Below, in pieces: positions 1-10,035 of a stretch of DNA of 64,000 bases; the stretch's first letter is position 1, and each line of letters opens with the position of its first letter. Below the pieces are notes generated by a model, which searched no databases, was not told the DNA's origin, and saw nothing but the letters and a program-made list of their open reading frames with translations. Both the position numbers and the translations under genes were made by a program. Location: sequence record MG592671.1. One strand, given 5' to 3'.

Positions 1-113
1 ATGTTTATTTTGGGATGGAATTATGCTAAAACTCGCAGAAAATAAGTTATAATAAATTGTATGTAAAGTGGCATGCTTTACTGTATATCATTCATATTTA
101 AAGAGAAAATACT

Positions 114-314
114 ATGAAACAGGTTTTTTGGGCGTTTGTGTTTATTGCTGTAATTGCAGTTCTATGTCTTGGATCAGGGTTTGTGACTGGAGTGCAAGAA
201 GTGTTAGCTGGAAACATTACTGTGCCAGTCTATAACAATAACGCAGTTGTTATTGATTTACCATATTATGGTGAACTTGCAGCTCACAAATTAGCTGGCG
301 TACTTCCACAGTAA
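114..314 (+). CDS. small membrane/secreted hypothetical protein
   Basis: ORF with AGAG-type RBS, hydrophobic N-terminus, followed by a hairpin at 328-345. Confidence 0.6.
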   Translation: MKQVFWAFVFIAVIAVLCLGSGFVTGVQEVLAGNITVPVYNNNAVVIDLPYYGELAAHKLAGVLPQ

Positions 315-327
315 AGATAATAGGTCT

Positions 328-350
328 GCCTACTAGCTAGTAGGCTTTCC
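328..350 (+). terminator. palindromic hairpin, probable terminator
   Basis: GCCTACTAGCTAGTAGGC followed by TTT, just after the 114-314 stop. Confidence 0.5.
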
Positions 351-383
351 TATTATTTTTTACCTATTAACTGAGGAATCCAC

Positions 384-734
384 ATGTTTGGACCCAATTT
401 TAGAATTCAACTGCAACAAGCACGACGCACATTGGACAGTATCGAAGAAAAAGAACATACTGAACATGTAGTAGGTTTGCGACCATACCGAACGCGTCAA
501 TTAAACAACTACGTTAGTGATCGTATTGATGCAATACTTAGTGATTTTAACTCACGTTCTGAGATTACTGAAAATTACATTTTGGGCAGAATGGAACTGC
601 ACCATGAGTTAGTGGTGCGCAAAATAGATTCATTATTTTATGATGACAGTGTATATGCCCTTGAGCATAAGACTACAGAGAAAGCTGATTTTTTGCAGTT
701 TAAAACAAAAATTATCCAAACTTTCACTAACTAG
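384..734 (+). CDS. hypothetical protein
   Basis: 116 aa ORF, GAGGA RBS. Confidence 0.65.
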   Translation: MFGPNFRIQLQQARRTLDSIEEKEHTEHVVGLRPYRTRQLNNYVSDRIDAILSDFNSRSEITENYILGRMELHHELVVRKIDSLFYDDSVYALEHKTTEKADFLQFKTKIIQTFTN

Positions 735-745
735 GGGTAACTGAG

Positions 746-1003
746 ATGGGGTACGACAAGCTATATCATGTTTTGGTATCAGCCGCTCTAGCATTCTCGT
801 TTACTTTTGTCTATAATAAACACGAAGCATTGAATATTACTGCTGCGATAGGCGTAGCTAAGGAATGTTTTGACTCATTAGGATATGGATCTCCTGAAGT
901 AGGGGATTTCGTTGCAGACATGGTAGGTATTGTAATAGGGTTGACATTTGCTGTCGCTGTTGCAATTGTTATTGGTATGATTAGAGGAACAACTGATGAA
1001 TAA
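746..1003 (+). CDS. YfiM/VanZ-like small membrane protein
   Basis: DKxxH...GVAKE..DS.G.G...D..AD..G pattern; paralog at 23392-23745. Confidence 0.55.
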   Translation: MGYDKLYHVLVSAALAFSFTFVYNKHEALNITAAIGVAKECFDSLGYGSPEVGDFVADMVGIVIGLTFAVAVAIVIGMIRGTTDE

Positions 1004-1508
1004 CAATGTGAAAGAGCAAAGAGATAACATATTAACATTGATGTTAGAAATGTTCAAAGACGTGTTACACAGAGTTACTGATAAAGAGCGCCAAGCAATT
1101 TGGCAATGCATTAAGAATAATAGCGATGGTGCGCAAGCACTTATTGATGAGCTAGGCATCAGTGGATTACACAACAATCGAGACTTGCAACATAATAGCC
1201 TAACTGCAACCATTGTAGCATCTGTTCAAAAAGAACGTGATGGTGCGTCACGTCGTATTCTTGATAATATGAAAATTTCCGTTCAGAAAGATTACGATGT
1301 TAGACGAGCACAGCAAAACATAGTGATGTTTTTTCAATCAGCAAATATAAAGCTTCGATACTGCAAGCCTTCTGAAAATAGAACTACCTTACTAAACCAT
1401 TTAATTAATACTGAAGGTATTGTTAACGCGTTTGAGCTGATTATTGGCACCAGTGATCCGGAACTGATTATTGACTACATCGCTAAAACAGCAGGTATAC
1501 AGCTATGA
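996..1508 (+). CDS. hypothetical protein
   Basis: 170 aa ORF, AGAGGA RBS, overlaps upstream gene. Confidence 0.7.
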   Translation: MNNNVKEQRDNILTLMLEMFKDVLHRVTDKERQAIWQCIKNNSDGAQALIDELGISGLHNNRDLQHNSLTATIVASVQKERDGASRRILDNMKISVQKDYDVRRAQQNIVMFFQSANIKLRYCKPSENRTTLLNHLINTEGIVNAFELIIGTSDPELIIDYIAKTAGIQL

Positions 1509-1729
1509 TGATTACTATCTTTGGGATTACATTGCTATTCGTTTCAGTGGTATGCGCATTTATAATGGGAGCTACCATTGCAGTAGGTAACATGTTTGAG
1601 CTGATCACCGAAGCTGATCAAAATTCCGAAGCTATGGCAACACTTATGTTTGCTAATCAGTACAGTGGCAGATTGTTCATTGGTACTGTAGTGACATTTG
1701 TCGTTGGATGTGGTTGCGCTATATACTAA
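1505..1729 (+). CDS. two-TM membrane protein
   Basis: two hydrophobic segments, ATGA overlap. Confidence 0.6.
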   Translation: MMITIFGITLLFVSVVCAFIMGATIAVGNMFELITEADQNSEAMATLMFANQYSGRLFIGTVVTFVVGCGCAIY

Positions 1730-1782
1730 AACTTAGCTCCTTGGACATAAGGAGCACTAACTATTGATTATATTAAAGGAAC

Positions 1783-2409
1783 TTGGCTATGACAGCTCCA
1801 GCTAAAGATGATACTGCTCCTCAAACTCGACTTTGCCCGGAAACTTCATTGAAGTTTCTAAACGTTAACCGTCGCACCCCAATGCTTTCATCAGTTAAAG
1901 ATGTTAACGCATCAATGCATATGCTCATATTAGGGGATCAAAGCACAACATTTATCGATGCTACTCATCTAACACACGAAGAGCTAGATATTCCATTTGA
2001 AATGGAAGACATTCGAGCACAGATTCAAGGTGCAAATAATGTATCTGAAAGCTTATTTAACATCAAAAGTCTAAACAATCCTATCGTTGTTGTACAACTG
2101 CCAAGTAAGATCTCTCCTGAACTACAAGAAATTTTACTAACGAAAATCAGTTACAAAATTCCAACTATCTTAGTGCCAGCTAATATCAAAAGCACGTACA
2201 AGTTGCAAGGCAAAGTGGTTGTTCTTCCTGAAGTAATGATAAAACCTGATTTGCAGTCGCCAACAGTTGTGAATTGGGACGCATTAGTTCGAATCACTCG
2301 ATACTTAGACGAGTTTGAGGGGTGGTCTGAACTTCATAATTCAGAACCTGTTGGTCGAATTAGTCTACCAGTTCCAGGAAAAGCACTAGTTAAAATTGAA
2401 GTAGAATAA
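1783..2409 (+). CDS. hypothetical protein
   Basis: 208 aa ORF, AAGGA RBS; start TTG 1783 or ATG 1789. Confidence 0.65.
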   Translation: MAMTAPAKDDTAPQTRLCPETSLKFLNVNRRTPMLSSVKDVNASMHMLILGDQSTTFIDATHLTHEELDIPFEMEDIRAQIQGANNVSESLFNIKSLNNPIVVVQLPSKISPELQEILLTKISYKIPTILVPANIKSTYKLQGKVVVLPEVMIKPDLQSPTVVNWDALVRITRYLDEFEGWSELHNSEPVGRISLPVPGKALVKIEVE

Positions 2410-2489
2410 AAGAGCGTCATGCGGTAATGACAACGCGTCATTACCGTATGACTAAAACAAATTAGGTATTATTCAAGGTAGGACTAAAC

Positions 2490-2642
2490 ATGCTCACTTT
2501 AATTTTTATGGTACTTGATGGAGTTGGACTAATACCGTCATCTTACAACTTTCTAGGTCTGATTGCGATGTTAATAATTGACGGTACGATAATCGATGCT
2601 ATTTGCAAACATATTAAACGCAAAGGTAACACGAATGAATAA
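2490..2642 (+). CDS. small membrane protein (50 aa, not in ORF track)
   Basis: MLTLIFMVLDGVGLIPSS...KRKGNTNE*, AGGA RBS, overlaps next gene. Confidence 0.45.
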   Translation: MLTLIFMVLDGVGLIPSSYNFLGLIAMLIIDGTIIDAICKHIKRKGNTNE

Positions 2643-2949
2643 ACATATCATCACTGCAATCATCGCAGTAACGATTGCGTTCAGTTCTTCAGCGAAAGAT
2701 GCATCTACTATTGCGATACTTGATGTTCTTGAGCAACCACACATTCAATATGAATCTAAGCTTCGTGAATATTTTGTTGAAAATTATTCGTTTAGTGGCG
2801 ACGGTGCAAGGTGGGTAATGTACAAGGTGGATAATTGCATTTTGGACGTTATTGATAGCAAAACAATGACTGACCCACGAGGCGGAACTGTTCGCTCTTT
2901 GAACGGGCAAGCATGTACTGCCTTAGCGGAAGTATTAGGCGTACAATAA
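2635..2949 (+). CDS. secreted hypothetical protein
   Basis: signal peptide MNKHIITAIIAVTIAFSSSA; ATG 2635 with AAAGG RBS. Confidence 0.65.
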   Translation: MNKHIITAIIAVTIAFSSSAKDASTIAILDVLEQPHIQYESKLREYFVENYSFSGDGARWVMYKVDNCILDVIDSKTMTDPRGGTVRSLNGQACTALAEVLGVQ

Positions 2950-2953
2950 AACC

Positions 2954-2978
2954 CGCAACTAATGTTTTATATTATAAT
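2954..2978 (+). promoter_or_regulatory. phage-specific promoter motif
   Basis: CGCAACTAATGTTTTATATTATAAT, intergenic, one of about 30 forward copies. Confidence 0.7.
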
Positions 2979-3066
2979 GTAAGCAGATACACTACGCTTG
3001 CGAGCGAGCTGTAAGTAATACAGCCGTAAAAATGTGTTATTATAAAGCGTAGTAGGTTACGCTTAG

Positions 3067-3096
3067 GGCGCACTTGTTGCGCCTTTTTTTGTGACT
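3067..3096 (+). terminator. intrinsic terminator
   Basis: GGCGCA-CTTGT-TGCGCC + T7 + GTGACT. Confidence 0.7.
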
Positions 3097-3125
3097 GTAT
3101 AAAACATTAACTTAGGGTAAGAAAT

Positions 3126-3650
3126 ATGAAATATCGCCACACTGTGAACGTTAGCTGGTCTTCAACGCAAAATCGTGATGAGTTTAAAATCCAAGCAGTT
3201 AAGGATTGCATCCCGCATTTGATTGAGATGTTGTTCCTTTCAGATGAAGATGCTATTGGTCAGGATACTTCAACTATTATCCAGTTAGTTGATACTATTG
3301 AAACTTCAGCTGACCATTTAGGTCGTCCTGTGGGCATAACTGTAATTCCTGTTCAAATGGAAGTTAAAAAGACACGACAGCTTACTGTTAAGATACGCAT
3401 TGATCAGTCACTGCACCAAATGCTCCATACTCTTGCTCACGAAATGGAGCATGTGCGTCAGTCATACACTGCGGATTTAGTTATTGGCTTTATTACTCCT
3501 ACAGAGCATGTTAATATCTGGAATGGTAAGGCGTTTAGCACTAAGTTCTTTGATTACAGCGACTTTCCTTGGGAACGCCAAGCTGAAGAAGTCGCTCACG
3601 AGTTTATGGAAGATGTGCTAGAAGACGCGCTAAGTTTTAGCCCACTTTAA
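3126..3650 (+). CDS. zincin-like metallopeptidase domain protein
   Basis: HEMEH (HExxH) motif plus downstream PWE..AE motif. Confidence 0.65.
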   Translation: MKYRHTVNVSWSSTQNRDEFKIQAVKDCIPHLIEMLFLSDEDAIGQDTSTIIQLVDTIETSADHLGRPVGITVIPVQMEVKKTRQLTVKIRIDQSLHQMLHTLAHEMEHVRQSYTADLVIGFITPTEHVNIWNGKAFSTKFFDYSDFPWERQAEEVAHEFMEDVLEDALSFSPL

Positions 3651-3664
3651 TTTGGAGATTTAGC

Positions 3665-4012
3665 ATGTCAATTACTATCGAAGCAGTAAACTTTGTTGAA
3701 ACGTTTGTTAACGTGCTGCGCACAAAAGCAGTGCTGCACACGCCAGTGACAGGAACACTACACGGAAACTTCATTGCAGAGGTCTCCCTTCGTGATATGG
3801 GTGATGTTAGAATTGCAGTTGTGAACAGCCTTACTACTGACGATCGTCAAAAATACCGTATTATTATTGAATCAGCCCCTGTCGCCTTCGGAACTGATTC
3901 AATAGGTCATGTCTTTACTATACAACAAGGCGATACTGTCCTTGCTGATGATGATAGTGAGCATCAATGGGCTGAGCGTATCATGAAGTATATCTTACGG
4001 CATATGGAATAG
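3665..4012 (+). CDS. hypothetical protein
   Basis: 115 aa ORF, GGAG RBS. Confidence 0.65.
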   Translation: MSITIEAVNFVETFVNVLRTKAVLHTPVTGTLHGNFIAEVSLRDMGDVRIAVVNSLTTDDRQKYRIIIESAPVAFGTDSIGHVFTIQQGDTVLADDDSEHQWAERIMKYILRHME

Positions 4013-4116
4013 AAAGAGCGAACAGGTAGTTGCAAGATTACCGCAAAAAATTGTTATAACAATATGTAAGCAGTAGATACTGCTTACTTTGTCACATTAA
4101 ATTAAAAGAGGCTTTT

Positions 4117-4446
4117 ATGTCAGAAGATAAGAACATTGTTGTTGCTGAAGGTGATATCTACGCTGAAACGTTTGACGCAGCGTCAAATATCACATCAGTT
4201 GTTAACGTTCTAGGTCGTGATGGTTACTTCCCAACACTAGTTGATAGTTCAACATTTGTTGGTAATGTGATTGACGGTTGTGACAAAGACTTTAGTGATC
4301 GAAACATCATTGATGTAGCGTTTAGTATTGCACGTCTACCACATTACGTATCTCAGCTCCCTAAAACTGGACTGTATAAACATCCGTGTGGTGGTATTTT
4401 TGATCATCCTTACGAAGAAAAGCCAACAAAGAAAAAGAAGAAGTAA
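4117..4446 (+). CDS. hypothetical protein
   Basis: 109 aa ORF after a TGTTATAAC extended -10 and leader hairpin; Lys-rich tail. Confidence 0.65.
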   Translation: MSEDKNIVVAEGDIYAETFDAASNITSVVNVLGRDGYFPTLVDSSTFVGNVIDGCDKDFSDRNIIDVAFSIARLPHYVSQLPKTGLYKHPCGGIFDHPYEEKPTKKKKK

Positions 4447-4615
4447 TTAGCTTTAATGATGTAGCGGTACCAGCCGCTACATTTTGTTATAGCATGATAT
4501 GGTAAATGTTAAATCCCATAACTTATGTGTTATAACAAAATGTAAGTTAAAAACGCTTGCACATTAAGGTGCGCTATTGCACTTCAAAACCCAAATAGAC
4601 TAAAAGGTATAAACC

Positions 4616-5461
4616 ATGACTATTAAAAAAATTGCTGATTTGACTGCTGACGTACGTTCTGCTTTAGAACTTGATCTTACTAACGGCATGGATAAAGCTG
4701 CTGCTGCTGAAAAGCATGATGTTCTACCACGCGTTGTTGGTATGGTGCAAATGAAGATGAAAGCATCTTCAGCTGAGACAGCTTCAGAAGATGCTGCCGC
4801 TCCGGAAACTACTACCGCTGGCGGTGACAAACTAGCAAAACTTGCCGCTCTTAAAGAAGAAGTTGGTGAAGTTGACAGTGAAGAGAAACCTGCCAAAGAG
4901 CGCAAGAAGCGTGAAAAGAAAGTTGTTGATAAAACTATCCGTGAAGTGATCATTGCTAAGTCGGCAACATCTAAGATGGCGTTTCTAACAGCAAAAGCAA
5001 ACTACGGCGGTACATCTGAAGCGTTCCTAGTAGGTAAACTGAAGAAGAAAGCTACTGAACGCAAAGCATCTGATCTTGCTCAACAATTCGGTACACTATC
5101 GATGGCAGATGATTTAACGATCACTCGCACAGTTTACCCGATCGATGCTTACGAAGCAGCGCTAGTAACAACGTACCAAAAACTTGTTTCTGAAGGTTAC
5201 GAGATGGTAGGTCGTGCACCTAAAGGTGCAGTTGAAAAAGCACCACGTAAGCCACGCGCTAAGAAAGTTGAAGAACCAGAAAGCGCTGAAGAGATCCAAG
5301 CAAAGATCGATGCGTTGCTTGCGCTTAAGGCAGAGAAAGAAGTTGTACTGGTTGATGAAGAATCAACCACCCAACCATCGAATTACGCTCCTGTAGTTGC
5401 TCCTAGCAATACAGATAGTGATGTTAGCGAACCAGTCGAAGAAAACACTGATTCAGAATAA
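4616..5461 (+). CDS. HTH-containing Lys/Glu/Ala-rich protein, family member 1
   Basis: clear similarity to 30171, 33061 and 32111 ORFs (PRVVGMV.MK, KLAALKEEVGE, GY...G..PKG, AEEIQA.ID). Confidence 0.8.
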   Translation: MTIKKIADLTADVRSALELDLTNGMDKAAAAEKHDVLPRVVGMVQMKMKASSAETASEDAAAPETTTAGGDKLAKLAALKEEVGEVDSEEKPAKERKKREKKVVDKTIREVIIAKSATSKMAFLTAKANYGGTSEAFLVGKLKKKATERKASDLAQQFGTLSMADDLTITRTVYPIDAYEAALVTTYQKLVSEGYEMVGRAPKGAVEKAPRKPRAKKVEEPESAEEIQAKIDALLALKAEKEVVLVDEESTTQPSNYAPVVAPSNTDSDVSEPVEENTDSE

Positions 5462-5476
5462 CTGGTCTACTTACTG

Positions 5477-5511
5477 GCCCCTGCCTTGAAAATAGGGCAG
5501 GGGCTTTTTTT
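5477..5511 (+). terminator. intrinsic terminator
   Basis: GCCCCTGCC/GGCAGGGGC stem + T7. Confidence 0.8.
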
Positions 5512-5552
5512 ATGGCTTTTTGATATATAATGATCACTAAGGATATGTCACA

Positions 5553-6395
5553 ATGAATAAGTTAATAAAAGCTCAAAAACAAGCAGTTCACTTACATCAG
5601 CATTTGAAATCTATATTAAGGAATATCAAAACTCGAACAACGCATCTTAAAAATCACATAACAACACCAGCAGTGAAACGTACCTTAGAGATGAAAATCC
5701 AAAATGGGTACAAGCAACTTGATACTATCATTGCCGAGATGTCAAAGTTAGGGTGTTTGGTAAAAGTAGACCGAAAGAAATTAAAAGTCATTAACTATAA
5801 GGCGCCAAGTGCCACTAAGACTCCTAAGGAGGTAATAGCGATTGCTATTGCTAATGGAGTTAACAACAAAAAAGAGTTTAGCACTGTCAGACTTGCTGAA
5901 TTACGATTGGCACTAAACGGGGATATGACTAAACAAGCAATACGCTCAGAAATGTTTGCTTTTATGCCTAACGTTTGTGTTAAGTGCGGGAGTGGCGGGA
6001 ATGGCCAAATGATGACTGCTGATCACATCATACCTCAAAGTAAAAATAAATCTCTAATCTTTCAGGTGTTGAACTTACAGCCAATGTGCGAACCTTGTAA
6101 CCAAAGTAAGGCAGCATCAGAAGATGCAGACTACCGAACTCCCCAGATGAAGTTCGCCGCCCTACAACGCCTATTACATCGTACTGGCAACATTGTTCCA
6201 GAACATATGTGTGATCGTGATATTAACATCTGCACACTTCGCATTTTACAATACACACAAATAGATATAGCCAATAAAATAGGCGTTAGTCAAGGAACTG
6301 TTTCAAAGATTGTGAATACATTTATCCCATATCATAACGTACACATCACAGAGATACTTCGTGTTAAAAAGCAAATTAACAAAGAAAATATTTAA
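5553..6395 (+). CDS. HNH endonuclease with C-terminal HTH
   Basis: CVKC...DHIIP...NLQPMCEPCNQSK HNH signature; TQIDIANKIGVSQGTVSKI HTH. Confidence 0.8.
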   Translation: MNKLIKAQKQAVHLHQHLKSILRNIKTRTTHLKNHITTPAVKRTLEMKIQNGYKQLDTIIAEMSKLGCLVKVDRKKLKVINYKAPSATKTPKEVIAIAIANGVNNKKEFSTVRLAELRLALNGDMTKQAIRSEMFAFMPNVCVKCGSGGNGQMMTADHIIPQSKNKSLIFQVLNLQPMCEPCNQSKAASEDADYRTPQMKFAALQRLLHRTGNIVPEHMCDRDINICTLRILQYTQIDIANKIGVSQGTVSKIVNTFIPYHNVHITEILRVKKQINKENI

Positions 6396-6591
6396 TTCAC
6401 GATGTTACCACATACATTAACAGCTTTGTGCCGCGCTGTCTGCAGCGGTACAAAGTATTGTGCATAATGCTTTGCTTATAATAATTCCGTGCTTAAACAA
6501 ACGGCCCTGCAACGAAGTTGCGAATGTCTATTAACTATTTGTTATAATTAATTATAACATTAATAAACTATTAACCTTAACCATAAAGGAT

Positions 6592-7188
6592 ATGAGTATG
6601 AGCATTGATATTGCCCAGGACCACATCCTCTACCAAGTTCAACAAGCAGACATTGATCTAGCAACGAAACTGGCCGAGGAAAGCTATAATAAGTATTCTA
6701 AATTAGTAATTAAGAAGAAGAGCCCGTATCATCAAAACAACCCTAAATCACATCTTGTTGGTAAAATAGGGGAAGTTGCCGCAGGTAATGCATTTATGGA
6801 ATTGAAGCAGATGTTAGGTTGGACTTATACTATTGATCAAGTGTACTTAGATCCAGCTCGAGATTCGTCATGCGACATTGTCATCAACAACGTCCGAATT
6901 GAAATTAAAACGTGGCGCCCAAGTGATTGGAGCAAATATGGAGCGTGTGTTGCTGAACGACAGGCTGTGAAAATGGCCAAAAAAGCTGATGTCGTTGTGT
7001 ATGGAACATATAATAACTGCACAAATGAGTACGAACTAAAAGGTTGGAACTCAATGAAAGATATTATGAATGTCACTCCTCAACTCACTGGCCCTAGTGG
7101 AAAGCAAGTGTTAAACAGAGTTATGACTCATCGTTGCATTACGCAATTACCTCTTAGTCAAGTTGATCAAGAAACATCACTATCGTAA
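6592..7188 (+). CDS. putative PD-(D/E)xK nuclease-fold protein
   Basis: GKIGE...CDIVI....IEIKT pattern. Confidence 0.5.
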   Translation: MSMSIDIAQDHILYQVQQADIDLATKLAEESYNKYSKLVIKKKSPYHQNNPKSHLVGKIGEVAAGNAFMELKQMLGWTYTIDQVYLDPARDSSCDIVINNVRIEIKTWRPSDWSKYGACVAERQAVKMAKKADVVVYGTYNNCTNEYELKGWNSMKDIMNVTPQLTGPSGKQVLNRVMTHRCITQLPLSQVDQETSLS

Positions 7189-7242
7189 TCTTTTGCGTAG
7201 AGTAAAATATTATCACTAAATTTTATCCGGAGCTAACTAAAA

Positions 7243-7539
7243 ATGTTCAACACAGATCTAAATGAGACTGAAGTGTCTCCACGCGCACGTCAACTAGCAC
7301 AAGGCATTATCAATAACGCACTTCGAAATATTCAGGCTGGGAAAACAGCAAGCGAAGTTAGTGTTCTTGGTAATGCTCAGTTCCAGACGTGTACGAAACT
7401 TTGCAAGCTCGCTCGTGATAAAGAACAACTCTATGTTGCATTGAATAGTGAGGCGAAACAACTTTATTTGGATGGTGGGCTACACGACCATACGCATCTA
7501 CTTATTCGCTCTATTGGTCGCAACGAGTATTATAGTTAG
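7243..7539 (+). CDS. hypothetical protein
   Basis: 98 aa ORF, GGAG RBS. Confidence 0.6.
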   Translation: MFNTDLNETEVSPRARQLAQGIINNALRNIQAGKTASEVSVLGNAQFQTCTKLCKLARDKEQLYVALNSEAKQLYLDGGLHDHTHLLIRSIGRNEYYS

Positions 7540-7619
7540 GTAAATGAATATGCGGGTGTGCTATACACCCGCATAATTGTGTTATATTAAAATATACATT
7601 AACTTGGAAGAGCGCGATA

Positions 7620-7865
7620 ATGGAAAAGATTACTATTGACGGAACAATGAGCAACACTGATTATTCTGTCATTAAACAGTCTTTTGAAGCTGGTATGGAG
7701 AAGCACCATAATGCATTTCCAACAGCACCAATTCAAAAATTCGAACTTGATGATATTGTTCGGATTAGAATTTCGGTGACGGATTGCAGTAAGCAAAATG
7801 TTAAGTCGCTATATTTTTGTTTTTCCAATATTGGATTTGACCTTACTATTAGTAAAGAGGCCTAA
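7620..7865 (+). CDS. hypothetical protein
   Basis: 81 aa ORF with RBS. Confidence 0.55.
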   Translation: MEKITIDGTMSNTDYSVIKQSFEAGMEKHHNAFPTAPIQKFELDDIVRIRISVTDCSKQNVKSLYFCFSNIGFDLTISKEA

Positions 7866-7866
7866 C

Positions 7867-8370
7867 ATGAAAAAGATTATTCTTACCGTTCTTGCCATTC
7901 CTATTGCATCAGCATCAATTTATGCTGCACCAGAAGTTTTAATGATGGATGAAAATGCATTCACTGGCTCAACTATTGCAATGTACGACTTTGAGACTAA
8001 CGAGTGTAGCATTGTACACACTAATAATGATGGTGTGTTAAACTCTATCGTAAACGTTCGTGCAAACAAAGACATCAATATTGTCATTCCAGGAGATTTT
8101 TCTGGAACAACTCGTGTAGTATCCAAATACATACAAGAAGTTGATTATAGCTCATTTATTAGAGAAGCAAGTGACGAATATCTCACAATAAGTTATAATC
8201 ACAAAAACCCTACTCTGAACACAGAGTTTGTAATGAACTCCATGAACTCATTTGGATCATTTACTGTTTACCAGGATATGAAGGCAAAAGTTCACAAAGC
8301 TAAATTCAGCAGTGATGTTCGTGATGTATTTTATAACTGTGTATCCACTATCACTAAAAGCGAGTTGTGA
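7867..8370 (+). CDS. secreted hypothetical protein
   Basis: ATG 7867 (MKKIILTVLAIPIASASIYA signal peptide), AGAGG RBS. Confidence 0.65.
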   Translation: MKKIILTVLAIPIASASIYAAPEVLMMDENAFTGSTIAMYDFETNECSIVHTNNDGVLNSIVNVRANKDINIVIPGDFSGTTRVVSKYIQEVDYSSFIREASDEYLTISYNHKNPTLNTEFVMNSMNSFGSFTVYQDMKAKVHKAKFSSDVRDVFYNCVSTITKSEL

Positions 8371-8441
8371 TACGCTCAGTGCAACAAAGCCAAAAATATA
8401 TGTTATAAAATATTGTAACTTAATTATAAAAGGTATCTAAA

Positions 8442-9332
8442 ATGTTGCGAGTAACGCTATTGGACTTAGTAACACGCCAAGTTGCAGTTTATCCAGACAC
8501 TGATTTAAGCACAGATGTGTGGACGACTGGTAATTTGTCGTGCGATTGTAATCGCACTAAAGCATTCCCTGGACTTGTTGATGAAATGTCTGATACTTTT
8601 GGTGATACGAAATGTTATGGCACTGAGCGTCTAGTTGTTATCAACGTTAGCGGGGATGATATGAGCACGTATGACGACCGCTCTGATTTTATTGATGCAT
8701 GTAACTTAGGTTATTCCATCCCTGATGAAGTTGATTATCCGTTGTATTCGTCATTAGGAATTGTTGATAAGCTTCAAGAATGTGATTGCTCTTGTCACAA
8801 CATTGAACCAAATCATCTACATGGCGAGGAGCCATGTTGTGGGTTCTCAGGAATGACAGCACTACAAGCTATTGACGCATTGCGAGAGACTGGACAGTTT
8901 ATCGAGCCAGAAGTAATTACACTACCAGATGCGGCATTTGAGCAATTGATTAACGCTATTGAAAATCCCAAAGAACCAACTGAAGATATGAAGAAGCTGA
9001 TGCGAGCTGGTGAGAGATACGCTGCAACTGTTAATACGTCTGGGTTTGAAGGTTCAATTCTTAAAACTGGAGAACATTACAAACAGTCGCACCATAAACC
9101 GCAACCTATCCCGGAAGACCTAGATCTAGAGTGGGAGAATAAGGGATGTGGGAACTGCGATACTTGCACTTGTGGTGAAGTTCCAGAGATGGATGACACT
9201 GCTATCATTACTGCAATGCTTGACGATGTTAACAACTCTTCAGTTAGCGAGTTACAAAAAATTCTAGAAGAAAATGCTGATGGCCCAATAGCTCGAGCTA
9301 TTAATCCAGAAGGTTTTGGTGAAAAAAAATAA
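8442..9332 (+). CDS. acidic multi-module protein with Cys/His clusters and a DUF1778-like segment
   Basis: SCDCNR, CDCSCH..HLH..CC and CGNCDTCTC motifs; ITLPDAAFEQLINAIENPKEPTEDMKKLM. Confidence 0.65.
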   Translation: MLRVTLLDLVTRQVAVYPDTDLSTDVWTTGNLSCDCNRTKAFPGLVDEMSDTFGDTKCYGTERLVVINVSGDDMSTYDDRSDFIDACNLGYSIPDEVDYPLYSSLGIVDKLQECDCSCHNIEPNHLHGEEPCCGFSGMTALQAIDALRETGQFIEPEVITLPDAAFEQLINAIENPKEPTEDMKKLMRAGERYAATVNTSGFEGSILKTGEHYKQSHHKPQPIPEDLDLEWENKGCGNCDTCTCGEVPEMDDTAIITAMLDDVNNSSVSELQKILEENADGPIARAINPEGFGEKK

Positions 9333-9340
9333 GGACTCAG

Positions 9341-9832
9341 ATGGCAAGTAAAGCTACTACTGAGCTTCGAGTTAAAGCTGCTTTGTGCCGTATCAAAGCA
9401 GCTTTTCCAAAAGAAGTCACGGTTGACCAAATTAACGGCGCTCAGATTATAATGTCTGCAGGCGACACTATTAACGCTACCTTTAATGTTGGCACTAATA
9501 AAGGTGCAGTTTGGAGAAAAACTAAATTCAAACCCCATAAGTTCAAGAAAGGACTGGATTCAGTTATTGCTCGTATTAAAGGCCATCTTGATAACGAAGC
9601 AAGCGAAAATGCCATTATTCTTGCGCAAAAAAAGAAAGAGCAGAAAGTTAAAGCCATTGCTCAGAAACGCGAGAAGAAATACAATGCCATTACTGATACA
9701 AATGTTCTTTACAAGCTCAAACGCGTAGATGACTTTTTACGTGATGGCAATTCGTTGTCTAAATCAGCTAGACTTGCTGGAGTGGATTATCCCACAGCAA
9801 AAGCCCACTTAAACAAAAAGAGTAACAAATAA
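9341..9832 (+). CDS. basic protein with C-terminal HTH
   Basis: GNSLSKSARLAGVDYPTAKAHL HTH-like C-terminus. Confidence 0.6.
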   Translation: MASKATTELRVKAALCRIKAAFPKEVTVDQINGAQIIMSAGDTINATFNVGTNKGAVWRKTKFKPHKFKKGLDSVIARIKGHLDNEASENAIILAQKKKEQKVKAIAQKREKKYNAITDTNVLYKLKRVDDFLRDGNSLSKSARLAGVDYPTAKAHLNKKSNK

Positions 9833-10023
9833 TGCAAGCAACTATGAATATTGATCTAAAAATCCGCAGTAATGCAGGTCGTACATCAATCACTATTCCA
9901 AAAGGTGCAGTGGTTAATGTTGAAACTCGAGGCCCGTATATCCACATTATCTATAACGATAATAACTTTCGCCTAGACGCATCATATCTACAGCAGATGA
10001 CAATTCATAAAGAGTGTAACTAG
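9832..10023 (+). CDS. small hypothetical protein
   Basis: 63 aa, TAATG coupling. Confidence 0.55.
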   Translation: MQATMNIDLKIRSNAGRTSITIPKGAVVNVETRGPYIHIIYNDNNFRLDASYLQQMTIHKECN

Positions 10024-10035
10024 TCATTCATCTAG

